A stretch of DNA of 64,000 nucleotides, from NCBI RefSeq assembly GCF_963921235.1, contig NC_086097.1:220722001-220786000 (forward strand). The letters are read 5' to 3'. Below the pieces are notes generated by a model that ran no database searches, was not told the origin of the DNA, and saw only the letters and a list, made by a program, of their open reading frames with translations. Made by a program: the position numbers and the translations under genes. This stretch comes from Mobula hypostoma. Its lineage: Eukaryota. Every line of letters begins with the position of its first letter. The first letter of the stretch is position 1. Positions 1-13,974 of the stretch are shown piece after piece.

Positions 1-40
1 AAAGTTGATTTTATAAGGGAAAAAAACTTGCAATATATCA

Positions 41-383
41 CAGGTTGAGTACCCCTTATCTGAAATGCTTGGGGCTGGAAGTGTTTTAGATTTCAGATTT
101 TGGAACATATAATGAGGTAGCTTGGGATCGCTATCATTTCCGACTCTGAATTTATGTGCTACTGGTGATCAGTATTTGTCTTACTTTTTATTTACTTAGT
201 TAGTTCATTAATTTCTGTTCATTACACATACACCACTTTTCAGAACTGTCTGTGGTGCACCAAGACCTATGCATCACCTGGGAACCTTCCCAGCGCCTTG
301 AGGAATTTTCCATTTGTAACATCATGCCAGTGCTCAAAAAAATTTGGACTTTGGAGATTTTCAGATAAAGGGTACTCAACCTG
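41..383. mobile_element. Tigger/pogo-like (Tc1/mariner superfamily) non-autonomous DNA transposon
   Basis: Terminal inverted repeats CAGGTTGAGTACCCCTTATC (41) / GATAAAGGGTACTCAACCTG (383); TA immediately 3', CA (mutated TA) 5'. Confidence 0.8.
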
Positions 384-561
384 TAGTAGACATTTTTTGA
401 CTTGCTAAACTAACCTTCTGCAACTCCAATGCAAAGCTCCTCGCAATCCCAGCAGATCCAACGGTAACAGCTTGGAATCAAGGCCACTGTCTTACCACTT
501 ACAAATGGTGCACGGTTATAGTTGGAAACAACAGGGGGTAGGGGGAAAAAGAACAGCTTAC

Positions 562-711
562 TCGTTTTCAAATACTTTCAGAACAAAGCCACATATTCCA
601 AAAGCACAACCGGGTTCAGATATTTGCATTAAAAGCTTGTTGATTTTAAAGCAGTTATCAACTGCCAGCATGTTGCGCAAGGCACCGAACTTGCAATACT
701 TGTTTGTCAAC
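562..711 (-). other. Candidate internal exon (150 nt) of the unidentified minus-strand gene
   Basis: Minus strand: acceptor tgttcttag|GTTGAC, donor AACGA|GTAAGC; no recognisable repeat; one frame open throughout (LTNKYCKFGALRNMLAVDNCFKINKLLMQISEPGCAFGICGFVLKVFEN), phase-0 frame gives VDKQVLQVRCLAQHAGS*. Confidence 0.55.
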
Positions 712-846
712 CTAAGAACACAACGGATGTTCTACATGTATAAAAGCACACCAGCAACACTCCCCAAAAATACTTGCACTAAATACCAGTTCATCCGTTC
801 ATTTCCACCATGTGAAAACTTCAGATGTATAATTTTTTACACTTAC

Positions 847-876
847 CAGCTGCAATCTTTCTTTTAAAAACAATTG
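847..876 (-). other. Candidate 30-nt microexon
   Basis: Minus strand: gctgttcttttcag|CAATTGTTTTTAAAAGAAAGATTGCAGCTG|GTAAGTG; strong acceptor and consensus donor; length a multiple of 3 (QLFLKERLQL in phase 0). Confidence 0.55.
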
Positions 877-2819
877 CTGAAAAGAACAGCATTTACTGCT
901 CTTGATAAAGGTATTAAAATTGATAAAGCAATTCAATGAACCACTGTAATCTACAAAGCAGAAGTACTAGCATTTTGATCCAGCAACATTATACTGTATT
1001 TCCATGTTAACTTGGGTTGAGTTTGGAGAAATTGCCATTCTCGTGTACGCACAGTTACTGGTCTAGCAGCTTTGGGAGTCCTACTGAAGATGGCATTCCC
1101 ATCAAGAAACTGCCAAATCGTAACAGTCTGTATGCAGTTGGAGCTGTCATCTAACCAGTGCATCTTCCTACAGAAATAACCCTGCAGAGAGAATGTCATC
1201 GCAATCCTCACGGGTGCCTCGTAACTGGTTTAAAAGCTTTGTGGAGTGGAGAGGAACATTGTTCGCAGCAGCATATACAGCTTTACTGCAGTGAGCGAAG
1301 ACTGCTTCCTTATCGGAAGGGATGGAGATGAAACCAGAACAACACTTTGGAGAAGGTTATAGTCAAAGCAGCTGAAGATGGCTGGGTGCGGGAAACTACC
1401 CTGAGGAACCCTTGCTGCTATTTCCTAGCACCGAGGGGTTTGGTCTGTAATAACCATAGTCACGGTCGGATGTCCAGCTTTCTCTTGCATTTCCACAGAT
1501 TTCAATGCTACAAAGTTTTCTTGAGACCACAAATGCCACTTTAATGTCAAAGGTAATCATTTGCTTCTGTAGACTCCACCTTTCAGCCCTATCTGGACAG
1601 AGATTGGAATAATTTCAAGGCAAAGTGTTCCTGACAAAATCCAAAATTACTACCTTTCAGCAGGCTATGGGTGAATACATACTGCTCAAAAAGGTTGACA
1701 GCATTTCAGTTACAATGTAGATAAGGCAGCCAGGTTGGGTTAACAATCATCTTCTCCTGTCAATCAGGCATGATGATCACAGACTCAAGTGACTGGTTGA
1801 TTTTATGCTTTTCTTTTATAGGTACCCTGCATGGCACCGTTGCCACAAAGTCAACAGATTTCATGACATATGCCGGTGATATTAAACGTGATTCTGATTC
1901 AGTACATTTTCCGAGAGAAATAACCCTATAGTTATTGTCAAAGGTGCTGTATTCTGTATTAACTCTAGTCATTAAACACATTCTTTTCTGCAAACATTCA
2001 TCTTGTATGCTGCATTCTACGCTGCTGCGAAACAAAGACTCCACCTCTCTATTTTAACTCATTAGCCCATGCAGTGTTGTCAATACCCGATTCCTGATAC
2101 AAAGCCAATGGAATCAGGTTAGTCGAAGATGTCTTCAATAAGGAGGAGAGTCCAGGTAGATCAAGATGAATTATCCATTCGCACACTTGCTAATATGGTG
2201 GCAAATACATAGACTTCAGTCTTATGGCATCACCAAGATAGCAATTCAGTTTTGAGCCAGACCTGCTTCAGCATGCTCGCCCAGTCCTTATTGAACTAAA
2301 GCTGGTCTCAGGATTTGACGATTATAGGAAGTGTTGGAAACCACTTTTTTTAAATGCTACTTTTCTTTATACAAGATCTTTTTTTAGCAACTTGCATATT
2401 TTTCACACTCACTGGCAAAAAGCTGTATAGCAGCTAAACTAACAGCTTATCACCCTTCTCATTGGTTAAGTATTAGCACATTACCCATATGATGTAACTG
2501 GTTTAATTATGCAGTCTATTAACTAATTATTATTTAAAGAATTTTCATTACTTTATCTACAAAGGAGGGATTCCCCCCCCCCACCCCGCCAGAGGCATCA
2601 TCTTGGCTACTTGATTCTTTATTCGTTTGTCTATATACCTCTTAGCATCATTTTTCAGCTCTTTATTTAGCTTTACTTAGTATTTGTATGTTTGTATGTA
2701 CTCTAAAATAAACTGAAATCTTAGAATTAAGACTACTCATCATTCTTGACTCCTGAAGAACCTCAAGAATCAGAAATTAAACAGAGATCCAACAGAAGCC
2801 ACTAACCCGTGATTAAGGC

Positions 2820-3180
2820 CCCTAAGCATCCAGACCACGTTCTCTCCATTGGTCGAGAGCTGCAGGAGCCATAGGTCCCACACTACGTTCAGGAAAAGTT
2901 ATTATGCTACAACCATTGGGCTCCTGAACCAGAGTAGATAACTTCACTCACCACAACTCTGAAATGATTCCACAACTTACATACACTTTCAAAGACGCTA
3001 CAACTCATGTTCTTTTATTTGTTCAATTTTGTCCTTTTGTACTAGATTGTTTGTCAGTCTTTATGTACTTTTGTTGTAAACTCTATTATATTTATTTTTC
3101 TGTAAATGCCTGCAAGAATAAATCTTAAAGTTGTATATGGTAACGTACATACACACACACACAATAAATTTTACTTTGAC
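2820..3180 (+). mobile_element. Degraded 3' end of Rex/Babar-type LINE
   Basis: Similar to other copies in the window (..accacgttctc..caggag..ttcaggaa..; ends aataaattttactttgactttt). Confidence 0.5.
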
Positions 3181-3254
3181 TTTTGAAAAGAATGGATTTG
3201 TTAGGCCAGGAGGCTACAGATTGTGGTGGAATACATTTATCTGCCATGCTAATG

Positions 3255-3460
3255 CTGGCCCCCAGTGTACTGGCATCCACACCAGGCTTCGAGGCAAGCA
3301 GTCCCGGGCGTGAATCTGGCTGGCTCCTTGCACACTTTCCACTCGTGCTGGGTTGAGTGTTGAGCTTGCTACTCGGCCTCATAAAAAAGAAACAAATGCT
3401 AAAGAAATGGCAAGACTGTCGCCTGTTGCGCCACAAGGCACAGAGCGGAAGAGCAACAGT
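3255..3460 (+). mobile_element. tRNA-derived SINE, degraded copy
   Basis: Homologous to the reverse complement of 50573-50774 (gtgctgggttgag..ctcggcctcataaaaaa..aaatgctaaagaaatggcaa..cacaaggcacaga). Confidence 0.65.
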
Positions 3461-5859
3461 ATGTCGATGATGCCCACTTTTGAGTAGCTTTATTTGCTCT
3501 AGTTGCATAACATCATTACCCTTTCAAAACAATCAAAGGAGTCCTCAGTAGGGAGATAGGCGTTGCCTTTCAAGGACCACACTGTGGTTTACGCTTACCA
3601 ACAATTAGAGGGACCCGCAATATGCAAATTTAAAGTGTATACCATCACATTGCAGAACCCACCTCAACTGAGGAAGATGCCTATCAACAGGCTTTCTTAC
3701 CCGTGTCTCACCTGAAACTGGGAGACTTCACGGCATTGAGAATCAATGACAAGAACCCCAAGGACTATCCTTTTCTAGCTATACCTGAGATGCAGAGTTA
3801 CATTAAATGAGCTTGTTCTTCTGGGGCACCAAGCCCACCGGGATTACAAAGAGCTGACTGATACAGTAGTTGGATATGTACTTAAACAACATCACTAGTT
3901 GGCTACAAACTTAACTCGCTTTCAGATTGGTCAAACGATGCCCATGCATTGCGGATTATCTGATCCTATAATAGCTACAGTTTCACAATGAATGAGCTGT
4001 GCCTGATCACTGCCAACAAATTCTACAACAGATTCTAAAGTTTGAGAGATAAAAGCTAACTGAAAGGTGCAAGGCAGCTTGGAAGCTGAATGCTCATCAC
4101 TGTTATGAGAAGTCTTTGCTGGGGAGTACAAGTGAAGTGGATTTGGTGAAAACAGTGGATTTGCTGGAAAGTACAAGTGGATTTGGACCTGGAAGAATTG
4201 ACCCGACAATCAACAGGCTGCTAATTCATCTACGGAGGTTACTTACTGAGAATAGAGAAACAGGCATTGAGCAACTTACCGCAAGCACAAACCAGCGAAC
4301 TCAGGAAAGAAAGCTACATCTATCTCCTGCCTGTGTACCCAGCTGTACATATTCCAATTACAACATCACTAAAAATTACAAATATTTCTGTTACAATGAC
4401 CATTGCTGTTCTCTCAAGGCCAGGGACCTCAAATATTAACTCATCTCTCCCCAGCTGCTGCCTGACCTGTTAAATAGTTTCAGATTTCTGCTTTTGTTCA
4501 GATTTTCATTTATCTACATTTTGCTTGATTATTAATTGTAAGCACCATAAAGATTGTGAACTAAAAATTACTGGAAATAGATAACAAATTACATTGTATT
4601 GTCATCCTACTGTGAAGATTTTTTTTACCTACTGTAAAGATTCTCTCAATATGGGTGCAGAGGGCCACACAATCTGCCAGGTTTGTAGTACTTGTGTTGC
4701 ATACAGATATTGTCTGCAATAACAATACGGCTTTCCTTTCGGTTGGGGTGACTGACTTTCATTCGTAGATGGGTTCTGTCAATTTGCCAGGATGAACAGT
4801 GGGCCTCATATGTAGATAATTTTGAAATCAGTTTTTTTTCCCCTTTTAAATGTACAATACCAATTATGCATACACTGACCCAGATTTTCTAGCGCAATGT
4901 GAGTTCACAGCTGCCTGCAGGTGACAAACTTTTGTTCAACACTGTTAAATCTGGGCAAGTCTCAGAAGGCCTGGCTGCCTTATTCTTGTGGCTTCTAGCA
5001 TTAGATTGAACTAGGGGAAAGAGGAGAAATGACACACCTGTTATCCATTCTATATCTAGTTCAAGGTCTAAGAAAGCATTCTTTGTTAAATCAATCCATG
5101 AGCTGGACGGTGAATTTGCAAATTAAGCAATACGTTAGGCCTATTACACAATGTTGAAATACCAAAGCAAAATAAAACAAATTGAACATTTGAAATAAGA
5201 ACAGAGAAGTTCCAAAATAATTGGATCAGACAGCATCTATAGAGGGAGATCAAAACTGGAATTGATGTTGCAGAATGACCAATTCTTCATGAGATGAATA
5301 TTCAGCTCTTTCAAAGTTCAAAGTAAATTTTATTATCCAAGTACATATAATGTATGTCACCATATACAACCCTGAGATTCATTTTCTAGTAGGCATATCC
5401 AACAAATCTATAGAATAACAGAATCAATGAAGGACCGCTCAACTAGGGCATTCAACCAGTGTGTAGAAGACAACAAATCATGCAAATGCCAAAAGAAAAA
5501 AAGAATGTAAATAAGCAATAAATAATCAAGAACATGAGAAGAGTCCTTGAAAGTGAGTCCCTTGCTTGTGGGGACATGTCAATGATGGGGCAAGTAAAGT
5601 TATCCCCATTGGTTCAAGAGCTTGATTGAGGGGTAATAACTGCTCCTGAACCCGGTGGTACAAATTCTGAGATTCTCAGGTCTCATTTTGTAACTAAAAC
5701 ACCAGTTACAAAATGTCGATTCTACTTCTGCCTCTGGCAGATGCTGCCTGACTTGAACTTTTTCAGGCAGCATCTCCTGTTTTTATTGCATAATGCTTTG
5801 GCTGGAACGCCAGTTGTCAAATCATCTGCGCTTTGGAAAAACAACCACCTGTCTATGAA

Positions 5860-6450
5860 TGAACACTCTCTGTGGCTGGGTGTCATCATCTCCCAGGATC
5901 TGTTTCATGCCCAGCACACAAATGTAATCATGAAGGCAGCACACTAACAGTTCTACTTCGGTAGGAGTTGGCGGATGTTTGGCAAATCGCCAAAAGGCTT
6001 ACAAATTTCTACAGGTATCTGGCGGAGAGCATTCTGACTGGTTACATCACAGCCTGGTATGAAGGCCCCAAGGCATAGGATTACAACAGACTACAGGAAC
6101 TATAGACTCAGACAGCTCTATCATGCGCACAACCCTGCCCACCCATCATTTAGAACCTGTTCAAAGAGGCTGCAGTCATCATTTAAAAACTTTCACCATC
6201 TGGGACATGCCCTCTTCTCATTACTATCATCAGGGAGGAGGTATAGGAACCCGAAGACTCACACTCAACGATTCAGGAACTGCTTCCTCCTCCTCTGTCA
6301 TCAGATTTAGGAACCATAAACACTAACTCACTTTTTGTCTGTGCTATTTATTTTGGAATTTATAGTAATTCAATGTTTCTGCACAACATTGCTGCTGCAG
6401 AACAAATTTCAAGTCTTATAAGACTGATAATAAACCTGAATCTGATTCTT
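5860..6450 (+). mobile_element. Rex/Babar-type LINE 3' fragment
   Basis: Degenerate RT C-terminal region (HHLGHALFSLLSSGRRYR..THTQRFRN) and 3' tail aataaacctgaatctgattct shared with several copies. Confidence 0.7.
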
Positions 6451-7844
6451 ACCTCAATGTCCACATTCCAGAGGTTGGTAACATGGGTGTTATTAGGTGG
6501 TGCAGGTTCATTGGGCCTGTAACTATGCTGTCCCACTAACTAAACAAACAACATTAGGATTTCCAACTAAACTTAAGCATTGACAACTCTAATCCATCAA
6601 CAAACCATGATTATGAATCCTTAGGTGTCCCCTGCACAGCCTTGCCCATCTTTGTGCTTCTGAGCATTAATCCCCCAAAAGGCCCAGCTCAGGACTGCAT
6701 TGTCCTCATTCATAGCTGGGCCAGCATTGGTGGAACAGCAACGACGGCGTCCGAAGAGACCACAGAGCAGATTCCTCCTCCACAGAGCTTCTCAGAGTTC
6801 TCCACAACACTGCGTGCCCCTCGGGACAGCAATAATGACAGGCACCCTGGCAACAAGCAAACCTTGCAACAAAACCCGGACAAGGTTCAGGCCTGGACTG
6901 GCAAGTACTGAGTAACATTCACACCTCTTAAGTGCCATCACTAAAAATAGTTTAATCTCCTGCTCAGAGACATTTAACAGTGCTACCATTGCCAATACCA
7001 CTGGGGCTGAAACTTGCATTTCCGTGGCAGGTGCCTTCTCGGTCTTTTCGTCTCCTACAATGCACCAGCCTAGGAGCTGAACTTCAAGAACTCTTTAAAG
7101 AAGTTCAACATCATCCAAAGCAAAGCAGCCAGCTTGGATGGCACCTCGTAAGTCACCTGAGGAATTCACTACTTCGATCATCAGGCCCTTCTGGCAGCCA
7201 CTGTCTGTACACATTCGACAAGATGCAGTGCAACCGTTCCAAACCTCCAGCGCAGAATCAGAAAAACCTGGCCCAATGCTGTGCCAGGAGTTCTCCGCCA
7301 AGTCACAATCACCTTTGCAATCACTTCCATTGCCCCTGTCAGGTACAGCGACTCAACCAGAAATGCAAACTGAGCTTAAACAGTAGATAAGTGTTATCTT
7401 GTGGTAGTTACTCTTTAACCTGGACACCCCCAGGACACTCAGCAGTCATATTAGTGCTGGCCAGATGCTGAAATCATCAATTTTCTGCTGCCTATTGATT
7501 GCACCATGCTGCCGGAACCAAACTGAACATCCATTGCGAGACCGATACTCATTTTGGGGGACGTACCTCAATCTATCCCAGGAAAACAAAGGATTTCATC
7601 AGTTCCAGGGATATATTAAGAAGACATCTATAGTCAATGAAGCTCGTGATATTCCAGGTTTGCTCATTTCTTAGTCAGTGCAGTTTATTAATAGTAACTG
7701 CAAAGGAATTAAACCTGTACTGGAATCCAGTGCAATGTATATGGTCTCATAATGATGATAAATTCCAGCAGGAAACCATATAGAAAAGTCCCCAGATGTT
7801 GTAACTTTAGTAGGCTAAGTAAATGTGTTTTTTTTTAAAAAAAG

Positions 7845-8070
7845 AGATATAGCACAGTTAACAGAACCTTAGGGCCCAACAAGCCCACAACACCCAATTA
7901 CACTCTTAACCAACTAATACACACATCGTTGGAATGAGGAACCCAGAGCGCCAGGAGGAAACTCACTTGGTCACGTGGAGAACATACAAACTTCTTACAG
8001 ACAGTGTCAGAATTGAACCTGGGTTGCTGGCACAGTACGTACAGCATTACGTTAACTGCTCTACTACCAC
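7845..8070 (-). mobile_element. tRNA-derived SINE (V-SINE/HE1-like)
   Basis: Minus strand: GGTAGTAGAGCAGTTAACG.. A-box-like, GGTTCAATTCTG B-box, then TTTGTATGTTCTCCACGTGACC..GTTTCCTCC central domain. Confidence 0.6.
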
Positions 8071-8444
8071 ACTGCCCCACGTTCTTCCTATGAAAAGAAT
8101 GATATGTACCCCACATTAAGAAGGATTTCTATGCAGGGAAGACATTTCACTGACCCCTAAAAGCAAGTACAAGGATGTGCATGATGAGTTATTTCAAAGT
8201 GCAATCTAAAGGGGGAAAACCACAACTTATATATTGCACAAAAATAACCAAAATCTGAGAAGATTTGTTCTTGCAAGACTAATTTTTTTTATTACTTTTT
8301 AATACTATTGCATATTTTATCATAAACCAAGTTCTGGTACAGTATGTAAGATCACCTTTCTAGGATGTCCTAATACTTGGCATCCCAAGACAGAATCCAC
8401 ACCCAGTAGTCATTTTTTTTTAAAAATACGTCTACTCCTAATCA

Positions 8445-8910
8445 ACTAATCATTGAGCAAAAGCTCAATGCATAAAAGCATGGTCAAGAGGATCAGGTGT
8501 TCAGACCAAACATCAGAATGGGGAAGAAATGCGATCTAAGTGACTGACCTTGGAAGGATTGTTGGTGCCAGATGGGGCAGTTTGAGTACCTCAGAAACTG
8601 ATCACCTGGGATTTTCACGCACAACAGTCTCTAGACTTTACGGAGAATGGTGCAAAAAATAAACATCAAGTGAGCAGCAGTTTTGTGGGCCAAAATGCCT
8701 TGTTAAGAGAGGTCAGAGGAAAATGGCCAGGCTGGTTCAAGCTGATAGAAAGGTGACAGTAACTCAAATAAGCAGTGGTTTGCAGAAAAGCATACCTGAA
8801 TGCACAACATATTGAACCTTGAAGGGGATGGGCTACATCAGCAGAAGACCACGGACATACACTCAGTGGCCAATTTACTGGGTAAAGGAAGTACATAATA
8901 AAGTGGCCTA
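8445..8910 (+). mobile_element. Tc1-type transposon remnant with degraded N-terminal HTH of transposase
   Basis: Frameshifted MGKKCDLSD..IVGAR..LGFSRTTVSR..REW..MARLVQADRKVTVTQI..GY.SRRP; ends with cactcagtggcc..aataaagtggcc TIR-like sequence. Confidence 0.75.
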
Positions 8911-9664
8911 TCATTACTCTCAGTCATCTTGAGGCAGATGGTGCCCAGTCTCAGCATTCATTGGTATTAGATTTTCTCCCCGTATGCTATGGTGCTATAT
9001 TTTTGCCAATTCACCTGATTCACCATAGGCCATCCATCATTCATCATTTCATATCCATAAATGACCTCTCTCATTGCTACTAAAAAAATGTTCACTTTTC
9101 CAAAAATCCTGTGTATTCTATTCCACACTACCAAGTTGTGTTTTCATGAACAAAACTGGGAATTTGCTTCCTTTTCTTCTCCTTTTAGAACCCTGCTCAA
9201 AGTTTCTCACTTCAGTTATATAGTTATCCCTTGGAATTCTTCCATCTTATTATTCATGCTCCGTGTGAAAGAGCAGGAGACATTATATTACAGTACAAAA
9301 TATGATGGAATCTCTCCTACTAGAACAGAGATCTTTTGATAATTTGACTGAAGTTTTCATAAATACAAAACTCAGCTTCCTTGGTACAAAAATTATTCCT
9401 GATTGAGTACTTTAATCAAACCTGTGTGCAACTTGTTTTAAAACATCAAACTGAATAATCTTCAGCACTGGTTCCTCAATACATTGGGCTGTGAAACAAG
9501 ATGGACTAAAGACCCTATTCAGAAAAAAGCCATGCTAGTAAGTACATAGATACACACAACAGGTAAGGGTAGTTGATGTTTGGAGATAATGAAACATTGC
9601 AGTTTTCACTTACTAACAGTGCCACAGTAAAAATAATGGTCTTTTGCTTTACTAAGGTACACTC

Positions 9665-10042
9665 AAGATATAGGAGCAGAATTAGGCCATTTGACCCATT
9701 TAATCTGCTCCACCATTCCATCATGCCTGATCCAATTTTCCTCTCAGCCCCAGTCTCCTGCCTTCTCCCTGTATCCCTTCATACCCTAACCAATCAAGAA
9801 TCTATCAACCTCTGCCTTAAATATACTGTACATAAAAACTTAGCCTTCATAACTGCCTGTGGCAAAAAAAATTCCACAAATTCACCACTCTCTGGCTAAA
9901 GAAATTCCTTCTCATCTCCATTCTAAAAGGACACCCCTCTATTCCGAGGCTGCGCCTCCTGGTTTTAGCCCCTCCCACCATACAAAACATTCTCTCCACA
10001 TCCACTATCAAGGCCTTTCACCATTTGATAGGTTTTAATGAG
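9665..10042 (-). mobile_element. CR1-type LINE 3' fragment
   Basis: Reverse complement of the CR1 3' end (ataggagcagaattaggccatt..ctgctccaccattccatcatg); homologous to 63575-63953. Confidence 0.8.
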
Positions 10043-11239
10043 TAATCATATGATTAACTTCCCATAATCAAGGTAGATAATTGGGAAAAGGTGGTTTCAA
10101 TTCTAGTTTCATCACTACATTGTCCACAATAAACACATCTCGATGCTAGGCTTGCCCAGGATTTTTTGCTTTTTGGGAGGGATGGCAAGGAAATAGGTTA
10201 TCCCACTATTTTATGCCTAGAGGCACCTTTACAGTCCTGATCAACCAGACATAAAATGCAGTGACCAGAGAGCAATGTTGAGCTTAGGGATGTCTGCAGT
10301 TCCACAAGGGCAACTTTCAGTGAGTAAATCTACACAGTAATCGACAGGATCAAACACTCCTTCCCCACGTGAAGTTTAGAAGGCAGAGCAGATATGCAGG
10401 GTTTTTTTCCCCATTTTAGTCATTGCAGTTATTGCCAAATAGCTGTTAATATAACAAAACCACAAATTATTAAAGAGTTTACCTGAGCATATCAGATTCC
10501 CAAAGGCAAAATTTCCACTTTCCTGTACAAGTATACCAATATACGTCATCTAAACAGTACATATAACACATCTTTCACTTTCTTTCCCTGCGGAAACCAT
10601 CTTGCAGTGAAACCCCAGCAGCCATTTCACACCAAGATATTATTAAAAAAAAAGCAATAGAATGAATGTTCAATTAATCTATGCTACTATATCTGTAAAA
10701 TATTGATTAACAGCCAACAAGATTTCAAATTTTGCTGGAGACAGTTTGAGATTTTAGAGTTCAATTTCTAAAAGATTTCTAGAATGTAGCATTGCAGTGC
10801 CCTTAAAATCTTAATAGATTTGGCAAATGTGCTTTACAGAAGGAAATCCCTTTGTCCTGTTCCAGTCTACCCTGCATGTGATTGCACCCCACACCAGAAA
10901 TCTCCTAAAGTCATTAAAAGGGACAACCTACATTAGCAAGAATTAAAGCTGCAAATAAATAACTCAAAGTTGCTTTTTATGAAATGTAATTCAGAAGCAG
11001 GTAAGTATATTTTGCTTGCATAGAAGCTTGTCAGGTCACACTTAACAGTGGTCTATTTCTGGTTACCAAATGACAAAAAGGCCAAAGAATTATTAAAAGT
11101 GCAAAAAGTGTTTTTTATTAACAGGAACAGAGATACTGTCGTTGTCAAGAAAAATTAAAATAAACCTCAATGTTTGAAAGCTTAAAACCTTTAAACCTTT
11201 AAATTCACTTAGTCAAAAGCCTTTAAAATTGTGAAGGTA

Positions 11240-11560
11240 CTTGAAAGATAGAAAGAAGATCCATAACCAAGGAGCACCCAAAACTTGGGATCGTGATTAA
11301 GCTATGGAAAATTAGATAGGAGTAATTTCTTTTGCCATACGATATTAATCTGTAGAATTTATTGCCACAGACAGCTATGGAGGCCAAGTCATTGGGTATA
11401 TTTAAAACATAGGTGATTAGGTGCTTAATTAGCAAGGGCACAAAGATTATAGGGAGAAGGCAGCACAATGGGGTTGAGAGAGAAAATAAATCAGCCATAA
11501 TGAAATGGCAGAACAGACTCGATGGGCCAAATGGCCTAATTCTGCTCCTACGTCTTATGG
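11240..11560 (+). mobile_element. CR1-type LINE 3' fragment
   Basis: gccacagacagctatggaggccaagtc..gactcgatgggccaaatggcctaattctgctccta tail. Confidence 0.75.
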
Positions 11561-12766
11561 CAGCAGTCCCCAACCACCTGGCCGCGGACCGGTACCGGGC
11601 CGCAAAGCATGCGCTACTGGGCCGCGAGGAAATGATATGATTTGGCGATATGAGTCAGCTGCATCTTTCCTCATTCCCTGTCATGGCCACTGTTGAGCTT
11701 GAACACACACGAGGTCATTACGCACGCGTCATCCATGTCAGCGTGGGAAGAAGATCAGCTCCCCAAGCTTGCAAGTGACGGCGGGCTGAAAAGTATGTTT
11801 GACATAACATCTTTCGGCATTTTGAATCAAAGTCAAGGCTAAATATCCTGAGATAGCCACGAAAGCACTGAAAACGTTGCTTCCATTTCCAACATATCTC
11901 TGCAATGAATGCAACGAAAACTAAATTGCGGAATAGACTGGACATAAGGCACCCCATTCGAGTATCGCTGTCTCCCATCACCCCTCGATGGGACCGTCTT
12001 GTTGCAGGGAAACAAGCCCAGGGCTCCCACTGATTCAGCGATATTGGTGTGTTGCAATGATTTTATATGTTCATATGGGGAAAATATGCACTGTGTGTTT
12101 AATATCCAAACGTTACTTAAAATGTTATGATGCTATTGACTTATATAACCATGTAACAATTACAGCACGGAAACAGGCCATCTCTGCCCTTCTAGTCTGT
12201 GCTGAACGCTACTCTCACCTAGTCCCACCGACCTGCACTCAGCCCACAACTCTCCATTCCTTTCCTGTCCATATACCTATCCAATTTTTCTTTAAATGAT
12301 AATATCGAACCTGCCTCTACCACTTCTACTGGAAGTTCATTCCACACTTACTTCAAGCTCCACTGTCCTCCCCTGATAATTGACTGATCACTATATTCAT
12401 GCGAGGAAAATATGCGCCGTGTGTTTAATATTAAATTCGTTAAATAAACCCTTTCAGAAATGAAATTGAGTATATTAGCCACTTATCACCTATATTCCGG
12501 TCGTGATCAACACCACCTCCACCCCCCCTCCCCCTCCGAACAGAATCGCCAAAACACAATTTGCAGGAAAAATCGGCACGTACAACACGCATGCGCACTG
12601 GTGCCCGCGCAAGGCTTCATGGTCATTGTAGTCTTTCTGGGGGTGAACCCAACGTATTTGACTGCTACTCTTGTCCGTTGGCAACCCTACCCACCCCCCG
12701 GCCGGTCCGCAAGAATATTGCCAATATTAAATCGGTCCGCAGTGCAAAAAAGGTTGGGGACTCCTG
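11561..12766 (+). mobile_element. hAT (Charlie/Buster-like) deletion derivative with transposase C-terminal remnant
   Basis: TIRs CAGCAGTCCCCAACC / GGTTGGGGACTCCTG; perfect 8-bp TSD TCTTATGG (11553-11560, 12767-12774); ~11750-12033 reads KVKAKYPEIATKALKTLLPFPTY..TKTKLRNRLDIRHPIRVSLSPITPRWDRLVAGKQAQGSH* (hAT dimerisation/C-terminal signature). Confidence 0.9.
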
Positions 12767-13974
12767 TCTTATGGTCTAACATGCTAATATGTGAAATGGT
12801 TGAGATAATTAGTGCAGTAGCTATTAATTGCAGGCTAGGAAATCAAAGAGGGGAAAAAAATTATATAAAAAGAGCTGTGACACAACAAAGCAGGGCAAAC
12901 CATTCACAACGAAACCACAGACTGGTGGTCTGAGTGAACAACCTTTGCACTGCAAAGTACTAGCAAGTGAGTTACACAAAATCATTTGCAGTAGATCTGC
13001 AGGGTTAAAAGCCAACTATCATCTAGCAAAATGACAGATTGTAAATGATAGTCCTGCTTAAATTGTCCACATCCTGAGATCAAAACTTTTGAAGGAATTA
13101 TTTGGAAAGAGGAATTTTAACCCAGAGAGCTCTGCTTTGCATAACTGCTCCAAAGCATCTACCTACACCAGAGCATGCCGTCTAGATGAACAATGGCACT
13201 CATTATAAGCATAGTGTTGAAAACTAAGTTATAAAGAGAAACATGCTAAATTTCTCTGAAAGAAACATAAAAATGAGTATAATAGACAAGCCAGTACCCT
13301 TGCATCGTTTTCAGTACAAACTATATCAGAGTAAACAGAAACTTCTATTTGGTAGATGATCAAAATTGTCAACACCAAATTGGCCAACGTATGTTTGATT
13401 TGTTATTAGCAAAGGTAAACCAAGTTCCTCTCAAGATCTACCATCATCTCTTAGAGAATATTCCATATTCTAGCCAAATGGCAAAAGGCATTTCAGCCTT
13501 TTCTCCCACTCTTTCTCACTTCCCTCGAAATAACAACATTAGACAAAGCAACTGTTCTGACCTCTCAGTTTAAGAATGCTACATGGAGCCCTCTCTTAAA
13601 ATTGGGAACAGAACTACAAATGTTTGTACAATCTCTTGTGAAACTGATGTCCTCCATACAATTGAACAGAAACTAGCCTCCCCTCCACAGACTGGACACT
13701 TCTTGCTGCCTCAGTAAAGCAGACACCACAATCAATTACTATACTACACCCACTCCCTCTCCTCTCCCCTCCCATCTAGCAGAAGATACAGAAGCCTGAA
13801 AGCACATATGACCAGCTTCTATCCTGCTGTCATAAGTTTATTGAACAGCTCCCATGTACGATAAAACAGACACTGGATCTCGATCTAGTTCAATATAAAT
13901 CTCACAATTTAGTGACTACTTGCGTTGTAGTTTCTATGTAACTGCTACATTTTATTCTGTATCTGTTATTAGAT

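Noticed and set aside
472..867. 131-aa plus-strand ORF
   Set aside because: Non-ATG start and no recognisable protein; splice signals here point to minus-strand exons instead
1200..2350. Possible ancient LINE fragments (also ~6.5-7.4, 33.0-33.7, 42.3-43.7 kb)
   Set aside because: Too degraded to assign a family or boundaries by eye, so not reported as features
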